64,000 nt of DNA from Bryobacterales bacterium (GTDB lineage: Bacteria; Acidobacteriota; Terriglobia; Bryobacterales; UBA6623): the NCBI GenBank assembly GCA_965237575.1, contig CBDEGI010000004.1, forward strand, positions 3,669,963 through 3,733,962, in the 5' to 3' direction. Of this stretch, positions 8,782-16,062 are shown piece after piece. Made by a program: the position numbers and the translations under genes. Below the pieces are notes generated by a model that worked only from the letters and a program-made list of their open reading frames with translations, had not been told where the DNA came from and did not search any database. Position 1 is the stretch's first letter. The number at the start of each line of letters is the position of its first letter.

Positions 8782-8806
8782 AGCGCCTGCGGTGTGTGCG
8801 TGTTCC
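8782..8806 (-). promoter_or_regulatory. Candidate ECF-type promoter (GGAAC-N16-CGCT) upstream of the peroxiredoxin gene
   Basis: The minus strand reads GGAAC acgcacacaccgcagg CGCT, about 60-80 nt upstream of the ATG at 8724. This is a motif match only. Confidence 0.25.
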
Positions 8807-8859
8807 CCACCTGTCGGGTGTTGGAAGAGTAAAGGCTCAAACACCCCGCCGGGGCTCGG

Positions 8860-8991
8860 ACCGGTGGTTGGATGGCCAGGTTGCGCCGAGCGGCAACCGC
8901 GGACTTCCGTCCGCGGTTCGGAAGCTTCGATGGCGCGGTTGCGAGGGGCCGCGGCATCACAAATCCGTATGTAAGGATTCTGACGAATCGC
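8860..8991. repeat. Composite intergenic repeat, copy 2 (module inverted relative to copy 1)
   Basis: 8961-8991 AAATCCGTATGTAAGGATTCTGACGAATCGC matches 1124-1153. Hairpin 8897-8916 is the reverse complement of 1198-1217. Confidence 0.6.
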
Positions 8992-8996
8992 TTAGG

Positions 8997-9797
8997 TCAG
9001 CGGCCGGAACGCCCGACGAAGAGCGGCAGGTAATGTCCCAGGGCATAGCCCAGCAGAGCCACGGCCAGAGCGATCCCGAGGTGTGTCAGCGCGATGTGGG
9101 GGGCGGTGTGAAGGCTGCATCCGAAATGCAGAACAGTCATGCCGACCAGCCCGGCCATCAATCCCGCCCCCGCGCCGGCCACCCCCAGCGATAGGACGGC
9201 CCCGCGGCGCAACAGCAGACTAATCAAAGCCGAGGCGGGGAACGAGTACATCAACCCGGTTCGGAAGCACATCCAACTCTGGGGCAGGAACGTGCCGCTC
9301 ACGTCCCAGGGGAAGGCGACGGCGACGGCGAGGAACAGCGCCGCCAACAATGACAAGAACAGCCGCGCGGGCGGCAGCAATCGCGGCGAGCCGGGGACCA
9401 TCTCGCGGCTCAGCGTCACCGACAACAGCAAGATGACCGCGCCCACCACGCCCAAGATGCCGGCGAAACGCAAGGCACCCATCTCGACCGCGCCACCGAC
9501 GCCCGTCATCACTATGAAGATGCCTGAGAGGACCGCGTAAACCAGCAGGAAGGCAGCCGTCAACAGCGAAGCGCCGGGCAGCGGCCGGACCGCCTCGAGC
9601 GAGCCCACGACCGATGACTTGATCTTGGCTTCGACCTCGGGGGCGACACGTTCGGACAAGTCACGCCGGGTGAGGAAGTCCCACACCTTGCGGCAGGGGG
9701 CGCAATTCTCCAAGTGTTCACGGACGGCCTGGGGCAGTTGGCCCCAGCCTTCCGGCGCCGTGCGGTGCAGGTGTTCGCCGGCTTCAGAGCACGTCAT
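8997..9797 (-). CDS. Anti-sigma factor: zf-HC2 N-terminus plus a polytopic membrane domain (NrsF/DUF1109-like)
   Basis: HLENCAPCRKVWDFL matches the H-x3-C-x2-C motif and is followed by about 6 hydrophobic helices. The start overlaps the sigma gene stop (ATGA at 9794-9797). Confidence 0.7.
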   Translation of the reverse strand: MTCSEAGEHLHRTAPEGWGQLPQAVREHLENCAPCRKVWDFLTRRDLSERVAPEVEAKIKSSVVGSLEAVRPLPGASLLTAAFLLVYAVLSGIFIVMTGVGGAVEMGALRFAGILGVVGAVILLLSVTLSREMVPGSPRLLPPARLFLSLLAALFLAVAVAFPWDVSGTFLPQSWMCFRTGLMYSFPASALISLLLRRGAVLSLGVAGAGAGLMAGLVGMTVLHFGCSLHTAPHIALTHLGIALAVALLGYALGHYLPLFVGRSGR

Positions 9798-10477
9798 CGC
9801 GTCGTTCCCACCTTGGAGGACTCCTGCAACAGGACTCGCAGTTTCTCGTACGCCCGGTGCGCCTTCTGCTTGACGGCGCCCACGGTGCTGCCGGTGGCGT
9901 TGGCGACCTCCTGGAGGCTCATTCCCGAAACTTTTAGCATTCTGATGACCACTTGCTGGCTTTCGGGCAGTTGCTCGAGTAGCCGCCAGATGTCATAGTC
10001 AGCCGCATCCGGGCCCCGGCCGAACGATTGCCGCGGCTCGACCGGCTCATCGAAGGCCAGCTCCTTGGCGTCGATCCGTTTCCGGCGGCGATAGGCGTCG
10101 ATGCGCGTGTGGCGCGCAATCGCGAAGATCCACGGCAACACGGGACTACCCGGCCGGTAGGTGTGCCGCGCCTTATGGATCCGAAGCCAGCAATCCTGCA
10201 GCATGTCTTCGGCGAAGGGGCGCGTCTGCAGCGGTCCAGCCAGGAACCGCAGCAACATAGGCGACACGCTTTCGACCAACGCGGAAGCGGCGTCTCGGTC
10301 CGCATTCTGATAACCCGTCATCAATTCCTGGAGGCGCGCGGCGTCCGGCCGTTCCTCGGCTTTTGCTGAAGCCGCGCCCGTCTCCATGGCAGACTCCGTC
10401 GTCGTCACCGAATCCGCACGCGGGGACACACCGCCGCCATAAGCTGCCTCGCCTCTTGGTTCGCCGCCGTCAGGCAT
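9794..10477 (-). CDS. ECF-type RNA polymerase sigma-70 family factor
   Basis: Region 2: DMLQDCWLRIHKARHTYRPGSPVLPWIFAIARHTRIDAYRRR. Region 4: LPESQQVVIRMLKVSGMSLQEVANATGSTVGAVKQKAHRAYEKL. The N-terminal start is uncertain. Confidence 0.85.
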   Translation of the reverse strand: MPDGGEPRGEAAYGGGVSPRADSVTTTESAMETGAASAKAEERPDAARLQELMTGYQNADRDAASALVESVSPMLLRFLAGPLQTRPFAEDMLQDCWLRIHKARHTYRPGSPVLPWIFAIARHTRIDAYRRRKRIDAKELAFDEPVEPRQSFGRGPDAADYDIWRLLEQLPESQQVVIRMLKVSGMSLQEVANATGSTVGAVKQKAHRAYEKLRVLLQESSKVGTTR

Positions 10478-10652
10478 GAGGTTACGGGACGAGAGTGACC
10501 CGAAAAAGAGCGAACGACCACTCGGGGCGCAGGCTGGAGCGCCGCCCGGAAACTGCTCTCAGACCCTTGACACCCATGGTACACTTTCGGCGCAGGGCGG
10601 CTTACTGGCAACGGCTTGTTTGCGGCGAGGGTTGCGGTCGGCAAATTTCCCC

Positions 10653-10681
10653 TTGCCAATAAGGAGATTCGTCCGTATAAT
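10653..10681 (+). promoter_or_regulatory. Near-consensus sigma-70 promoter TTGCCA-17nt-TATAAT
   Basis: TTGCCA at 10653-10658, a 17-nt spacer, and TATAAT at 10676-10681. It points toward the repeat element and the dksA-like gene about 580 nt downstream. Confidence 0.5.
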
Positions 10682-10930
10682 CGATACATTCCCGCACGGC
10701 TGCCGGGCACGGGGGTGCTGCGGCAGCATCGTTTGGCGATTTCGCAAACGGGGTTCGATAGCGGCGTAGGCCGCTGTTCCTCAAACGGCTAGCCACTGGG
10801 ACACGGTTGGTCGTTCCCGCTCGAGGGACGAAGCAGAGGGCTTGGCTTTTTGGCTCCGCTCGTAAGCAAGAACCTGTAACCAGATCGGTTTGCGCTGGGT
10901 CTAACAGACCTGGATCAAAACGACGATAGT

Positions 10931-11200
10931 GGGGTATCCATTTGACTCAGGTGACCACAACATACTGTGGTTGGCCATTGGCGGCCCCCGGAAAGGCTTG
11001 CCGATAGCACCACGTTTCCAAGCCTGCGATGGCCATGGCGCGTGCGTAATCCTTGATCGGCCCGAAACGCAGCCTCGTGGCCCAATTGCCTGCAGACCGG
11101 CGTCTGGCGCCCCAGGGTGCATTCTGGGTGCAGTGTGCTGGCGTCCATGGATCGACCAAACCACAACGCCTAGGGGCTACCTGAGTCAAGTGGATACCCC
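10931..11200. repeat. 270-bp element with 22-nt terminal inverted repeats (MITE or structured RNA), family copy 1
   Basis: GGGGTATCCATTTGACTCAGGT (10931-10952) pairs with ACCTGAGTCAAGTGGATACCCC (11179-11200), with one T:G mismatch. It is flanked by the direct repeat CGACGATA (10921-10928 and 11204-11211). Homologous to 40668-40917. Confidence 0.65.
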
Positions 11201-11260
11201 ATTCGACGATATAGTGACTTGCCCGCCGCCCTGTGGGCACGTCGGACTGGAAGGTGCATC

Positions 11261-11671
11261 ATGGCGAAAGGGACAACGAAGGCTCTAAACAAGGCTCAAA
11301 TCAGGCGCTTCAAGGGAATGCTCGAAGCAAAGGCCGAGGAGATCCGCCAAAACCTGCAGTCGGCGAAAGCCGCCAAGGCGCTCGCCCGCGGGCAAGAGCC
11401 CGTCAATATGGAAGAGCTGCCGGGGCAGAGCCACGAGGAGTGGATCTTCCTGAACCGCAACAACATCGATGCGATGCTGTTGCGGGAGATTCAAGAAGCC
11501 CTGAGCCGCATTGAAGAGAACGCGTTCGGCATCTGCCTGGAATGCGAGGAGAGCATGTCGCTCAAGCGATTGCAGGCGATTCCGTGGGCGCGCTACTGCG
11601 TCGCGTGCCAGGAAGAACTCGCGGGTTATCCCGAAGAGTCGACCCGGCAGAAGCGCTCGTACTCGTTCTGA
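11261..11671 (+). CDS. DksA/TraR-family C4 zinc-finger protein
   Basis: ATG at 11261 within ORF 11219..11671, preceded by GGAAGG. Contains CLECEESMSLKRLQAIPWARYCVACQEE. Confidence 0.8.
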   Translation: MAKGTTKALNKAQIRRFKGMLEAKAEEIRQNLQSAKAAKALARGQEPVNMEELPGQSHEEWIFLNRNNIDAMLLREIQEALSRIEENAFGICLECEESMSLKRLQAIPWARYCVACQEELAGYPEESTRQKRSYSF

Positions 11672-11756
11672 CGCGAAGGCGAAACGCAGCCTCCGACGCA
11701 ATCCAGTCACGGCACTTCGAAAAAAAGTCTCGGGCCTCGATCAGGGCTCCCAGCAA

Positions 11757-12467
11757 TCAGGCTTGGGGGCCCTTTTCCATTGCGGCCAGCTCATCGAGAT
11801 CCAGCCTACCGGTATAGATCGCCATCCCAAGGGCGCAGTGAATGCCGAGCCCGGTGAGTTCTTCGATCTCCTCGAGGGAGGTGATGCCCCCGGCCGCGGT
11901 GAGTTCCTTGCGGGTGGCTTGGCGTAGGCGGCGGTACCAGCCGAGATCGGTACCTTCGAGCATGCCCTCTTTGTCCACGTAGGTGCAGAGAAAGCCGCCG
12001 CAGTAGGGCTCGAGAGTGGCGATCACATCTTCGGCGGAGAGCGCCGTCGCTTCCCGCCATCCTTTGACGACGATCCGTCCGCCTTTCGAGTCGAGGGCCA
12101 ACAGAACGCGGCCGACACCGACAGCCTGGCCCAGTTCGTCCAGGAAGGCCTCGTCGACTCCGCCATCCTTGTACGCGGCCGTGCCTACGATGACCTTGGA
12201 AGCGCCTGCCTCGACCAGCGCGAGCGCGCGCTCGACCGAACGCACTCCGCCGCCGACGCGCGTCACCGCCTGCGATGCCAGGTGCCGGACGATGTGGTCG
12301 TTCGAGCCCGTGCCCATGGCAGCATCGAGATCGATCACTTGAATTTCAGGGAAGGCGGAGAACTTCCGGAGCATCGCATCGGGCGGGTCGCCTTCGAGCG
12401 CCTTGTCACGGCCCTGGATGAGCTGCACCACCTTGCCCTCCATCAGGTCGATGCAGGGAATGATCAC
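11757..12467 (-). CDS. hisA: HisA/HisF-family TIM-barrel protein (ProFAR isomerase-like)
   Basis: MIIPCIDLMEGKVVQLIQG...VIDLDAAMG...VGGGVRS...TAAGGITSLEEI. GTG start at 12467. Confidence 0.7.
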   Translation of the reverse strand: MIIPCIDLMEGKVVQLIQGRDKALEGDPPDAMLRKFSAFPEIQVIDLDAAMGTGSNDHIVRHLASQAVTRVGGGVRSVERALALVEAGASKVIVGTAAYKDGGVDEAFLDELGQAVGVGRVLLALDSKGGRIVVKGWREATALSAEDVIATLEPYCGGFLCTYVDKEGMLEGTDLGWYRRLRQATRKELTAAGGITSLEEIEELTGLGIHCALGMAIYTGRLDLDELAAMEKGPQA

Positions 12468-12931
12468 CGCGGCACCTCGCTGAGGCAGCGCACCGCTTCC
12501 GTTGCGTAGAAGCGGACGGCGTCAGGGATGTTGGCATCTCGGGCGGCGACCTCCGCGAGAGTGAACCAACGGATGTCGTTGTGCTCGGCCTCGGCCAGCG
12601 TGACGCGCTCCGTCGCCGCGCGGGCGAAGTAGATCATCCCCAAGTGATGGTGCTCTCCGGAGATGTGATGCACGTCGAGGTACGCTGGGGCGATGAGAAA
12701 GCGCGTGCCGGCGCAGTCGAGGGATGGACGCTTACCGTACAGCTCGATGGTCAGTCCGCTCTCCTCGGCGACCTCGCGCAACGCGGCTTGCTCGGGATCT
12801 TCACCGGGATCGATATGGCCGCCGAGAGGTAGCCACTTTCCCAGTTGCTTGTGGTCGACCAGCAACACCTTCTCGTTGTACACCACAAAAACCGAGACGG
12901 TGAAGTCGAGGTAGTAGTTGAGGTGCGGCAT
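12464..12931 (-). CDS. NUDIX hydrolase
   Basis: Nudix box GGHIDPGEDPEQAALREVAEESGL. The stop overlaps the hisA-like start. Confidence 0.85.
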   Translation of the reverse strand: MPHLNYYLDFTVSVFVVYNEKVLLVDHKQLGKWLPLGGHIDPGEDPEQAALREVAEESGLTIELYGKRPSLDCAGTRFLIAPAYLDVHHISGEHHHLGMIYFARAATERVTLAEAEHNDIRWFTLAEVAARDANIPDAVRFYATEAVRCLSEVPR

Positions 12932-13056
12932 CGAGGAGCGGTGGCTCGCAACGTGTCGCGAGGAAACCGTTAGTGTAGATCAGATGCTTTGGATGTCTCG
13001 CGTCCGCTTCGAGTCTGAGGTGGCGTAAGCCGCCAATCCGGCAAGCGTCTGCCCTA

Positions 13057-13902
13057 CTAGGGCAGGCTCACGGCCGGGTCCTCCGCCACCACCCGATCGC
13101 TCCGCGGCCCGATATGAATGTGCGGTCCCGTCGACTGCCCCGGCACGCTGCTGCGGAACGCGATGAACGGGATCTCCCACTCGTAGAGCAACTCGATCAG
13201 GAAGATGCCTTCCTCATCATCGGGGTGCACCGCCACGTCGAGCCGCCCGGCGTGGTCGAACCCCATCGACCGGTGCATCTCCGTCTCGCCCCGCGCGCTG
13301 ATCGGAAGCGCCTGGCCAAACTGGCTGAAGAACGCCGCATCGATCGCGAGCGCATCCTCTTCCCAGCTCCCTCCCGCGACCTCCGAGGAGAACGCCAAGT
13401 CTTCTTCCTCCAACTCGTCCAGCCGGTCTTCGGCGCGCGCCATCAGTCCCATCTCGCGGACCAGCTTCGAGCGTTGCTCCGCCAACTCGTACTGCCGTTC
13501 ACCCCAGTCGGCGGCCTCCTTCACCTTCTTGAGTTGCTGCAGGGGCAGCGCCCCGGCCTCGGCCAGTTTGCGAGCCCCGGCCAAGTCCTCGCGCGACATC
13601 TCGCGCAGCACCGCGACCGCCCGCATCATCTCCGGCAGGCGGCCCTCGGTCAGCTCGCCACTCATCAGGGTCTCTCGCACGACTTGCTCGAGCCGCTTGC
13701 GCTCGGCCTTACCCCGTGCCTGCTGGATCGCGTTCTCGGGGAGCACTCCGGCCTCGACCAGCGCCTGCACGCGCTTCTCCTCGGGCCCGGCCGGCGGCGG
13801 ATCTTGCGCGACGGCAGGGCAAGCCGTCCACGCCACCACAAGAATCCAACAAAGCCGTTGCACAGTTTCGAAGCGGGTTCTAAGGGGCGCCCGTGGGCGC
13901 AT
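13057..13902 (-). CDS. Secreted hypothetical protein (coiled-coil region plus C-terminal His-rich motif)
   Basis: ORF 13057..13974. The internal start MRPRAPLRTRFETVQRLCWILVVAWTACPAVAQ looks like a signal peptide. The C-terminus contains HRSMGFDHAGRLDVAV and GPHIHIG. Confidence 0.55.
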   Translation of the reverse strand: MRPRAPLRTRFETVQRLCWILVVAWTACPAVAQDPPPAGPEEKRVQALVEAGVLPENAIQQARGKAERKRLEQVVRETLMSGELTEGRLPEMMRAVAVLREMSREDLAGARKLAEAGALPLQQLKKVKEAADWGERQYELAEQRSKLVREMGLMARAEDRLDELEEEDLAFSSEVAGGSWEEDALAIDAAFFSQFGQALPISARGETEMHRSMGFDHAGRLDVAVHPDDEEGIFLIELLYEWEIPFIAFRSSVPGQSTGPHIHIGPRSDRVVAEDPAVSLP

Positions 13903-14047
13903 GGTCGTGCGCTTGCTGGCATCGTGTCCGCCACTCGCGCACGCGTCAGGGGCCAAGCTCATTCTAGCGGCCACTCCTCACACAGCGCTAAGATGGGCTG
14001 CAAGGTAGCTTGCGGGTAAGGTACTTGCGAGCAAGGTACGGGGCCGA

Positions 14048-14389
14048 ATGACGGATTGGGAAATCGCTGTCGGGGCGGCGCAGGAGCGTAAGGCAACCGA
14101 TCTGGTCGTGCTCGACATCAAGGAAGTCAGCACGTTTACCGACACCTTCGTGCTGTGCACGGGGCTCAACGGACGCCAGGTGCAAGCGATCTCCAACGCG
14201 ATCGAAAGGGCGCTCAGGGAAGAAGGCGTCCGCGCGATCGGGATCGAAGGCCGTCAGAACGCCGAATGGGTGCTGATGGACTACGGCGACTTCCTCGTGC
14301 ACATTTTTTCACCGCAGGCCCGCGAGTTCTACGATCTCGAGCGTCTGTGGAAACGCGCCCCGCGCATCCCGGTCCCCGACGCCGCCTGA
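14048..14389 (+). CDS. rsfS: Ribosome silencing factor RsfS (iojap)
   Basis: DLVVLDIKEVSTFTDTFVLCTGLNGRQVQAISNAIE...EWVLMDYGDFLVHIFSPQAREFYDLERLW. Confidence 0.9.
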   Translation: MTDWEIAVGAAQERKATDLVVLDIKEVSTFTDTFVLCTGLNGRQVQAISNAIERALREEGVRAIGIEGRQNAEWVLMDYGDFLVHIFSPQAREFYDLERLWKRAPRIPVPDAA

Positions 14390-14417
14390 ACGGGGCCCGC
14401 CGGCCAGCGTCCCAGCC

Positions 14418-14822
14418 GTGAACATCCACCTCGTTTACATCGGCAAGCCCCGCAACGCCGACGCCAACCGTCTGGCCGCCGAGTACGCCCGCCGCATCAC
14501 CCGCTTCTGCCGCTTCGACATGATCGAGGCCAAAGACGAGAAGAGCGCCGGCCGTTACCCCAAGGCCGTCCGTGTCGTTCTCGACCCCGAGGGCCCGATG
14601 ATGAGTTCCCAGGAGTTGGCTTCGTTCCTCGAAAAGAACTCGAGCGAAATCGCCTTCTTCGTGGGCGGCGCCGAGGGCTTCAGCGACGAGTTTCGCCGCG
14701 GCGCCGACCGCCTGTTGTCGCTCTCGAAGATGACCCTGCCGCACGAGCTGGCAAGGGTGGTCCTCACCGAGCAGATCTACCGCGCTTTCACGATCCTGAG
14801 CGGCCACCCTTACCCCAGGTAA
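14418..14822 (+). CDS. rlmH: 23S rRNA (pseudouridine1915-N3)-methyltransferase RlmH
   Basis: GTG start. FFVGGAEGFSDEF...LSLSKMTLPHELARVVLTEQIYRAFTILSGHPY. The rsfS-rlmH order is conserved. Confidence 0.85.
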   Translation: MNIHLVYIGKPRNADANRLAAEYARRITRFCRFDMIEAKDEKSAGRYPKAVRVVLDPEGPMMSSQELASFLEKNSSEIAFFVGGAEGFSDEFRRGADRLLSLSKMTLPHELARVVLTEQIYRAFTILSGHPYPR

Positions 14823-14913
14823 AGGCGGGCCCCTGTGCCCGCCCACGGTGCAGCGGCATTGCTTGTAACCGGCGTGCTAAAGACAACTAAAAAATCAACC
14901 AGGAGAACCACAC

Positions 14914-16038
14914 ATGGATCCCGTCGCCAACGCAGTTCTCGGAATCGTCTTCCTGGCCCTTGGGGCCGCCGGCACGTTCTTGATGTACCACCTGTGGGGT
15001 TACCCCTTCGACCACGAGACCCATACGAGTGAAGCGCCGCCGCGGCTGATGCGTATCCATCGCTTGATCGGGTGGCTTTACCTGATCCTCTATCTCTACT
15101 TCATGAGCCAGATGGTGCCGCGGCTGTGGAACTACCAGATCGAGTTCCCGGCGCGTACGGTAGCCCACCTCACGCTGGGGATGACGATCGGTGCGCTGAT
15201 CGTGATCAAGATCGCCATCGTGCGCTTTTTCAAGCATATGGAGTCCACGCTGGTTCCGTTGCTGGGCACGGCGCTGCTGGTGTGCACGATTCTGCTGATC
15301 GGTCTCTCCGCGCCGTTCGCCTTCCGCGAAGCCTATCTGCGGGCACAGCAGACCGGAGGCTCGTTCAGCGACGAGACTCTCGAGCGCGTCCGGTCGCACC
15401 TGGTGCTGGCGGGCCTCGACGACCCCGAGACCCTTGCCCACTTGGCCTCGCCTACCGGACTCGAAGCCGGCCAGGGGGTCTTGCTGGCCGAGTGCGTGAC
15501 GTGTCACGACCTGCGCACCGTTCTGGCCCGGCCGCGCACGCCCGAGAACTGGCATCAGACCGTCCAGCGCATGGCCGACCGCTCCACCCTGCTCGCGCCG
15601 ATCGACGAAGACCAGCAGTGGGAAGTGACCGCCTACTTGATTGCGATCTCGCCCGAACTACAACGATCCGCTCGTGAGAGGAAGAAGCGCCTCGATCAAG
15701 AGGAGGCTTCGCAGCGGGCCGCGACGCAGGTTGCGGGTATGGCAGAGCAAGGGGCGGGCCAGGCAGTGCAAGGGCCAGGGACGCAAGCGGCGGGCCCTGG
15801 AACGAGAGGAGCGGGTGAAGCCGCGCCGGCCCCCGTCGACCCCGAGCAAGCGCGGCAGCTTTATGAGACTCGCTGCGCCCTGTGCCACCCACTAACCGTC
15901 GTCGAAGCCGCGCCCCCGACCTCCGACGCCGAGACCCGAGCGCTGGTCTCGCGCATGGTCAGCAACGGCATGCCCGCCACCGAGGAAGAGTTGGTGCAGC
16001 TCATCGACCACCTCAACCGAGCGTTTGTGAACAGATAA
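14914..16038 (+). CDS. Membrane-anchored di-haem c-type cytochrome-like protein
   Basis: Four N-terminal hydrophobic helices, then two CXXCH motifs (AECVTCHDL and TRCALCHPL). Confidence 0.65.
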   Translation: MDPVANAVLGIVFLALGAAGTFLMYHLWGYPFDHETHTSEAPPRLMRIHRLIGWLYLILYLYFMSQMVPRLWNYQIEFPARTVAHLTLGMTIGALIVIKIAIVRFFKHMESTLVPLLGTALLVCTILLIGLSAPFAFREAYLRAQQTGGSFSDETLERVRSHLVLAGLDDPETLAHLASPTGLEAGQGVLLAECVTCHDLRTVLARPRTPENWHQTVQRMADRSTLLAPIDEDQQWEVTAYLIAISPELQRSARERKKRLDQEEASQRAATQVAGMAEQGAGQAVQGPGTQAAGPGTRGAGEAAPAPVDPEQARQLYETRCALCHPLTVVEAAPPTSDAETRALVSRMVSNGMPATEEELVQLIDHLNRAFVNR

Positions 16039-16062
16039 CTGCGCTGCGCTAGGGGGGACGGC

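Noticed and set aside
10688-11200. Known housekeeping ncRNA (6S, SRP, RNase P, tmRNA) in the long leader
   Set aside because: I compared it by eye with the conserved cores: RNase P GAGGAAAGUCCGGGC, the tmRNA tRNA-like ends, and the SRP GGAA tetraloop/AGCA loop. None fits. A 6S-like fold cannot be excluded without a covariance-model scan.
13114-14019. 301-aa and 267-aa plus-strand ORFs
   Set aside because: They lie antisense to the signal-peptide-bearing 13057..13902 gene and have a low-complexity Arg/Leu/His-rich or Ser/Ala-rich composition.
14214-14846. 210-aa minus-strand ORF
   Set aside because: It lies antisense to the well-supported rsfS and rlmH genes.
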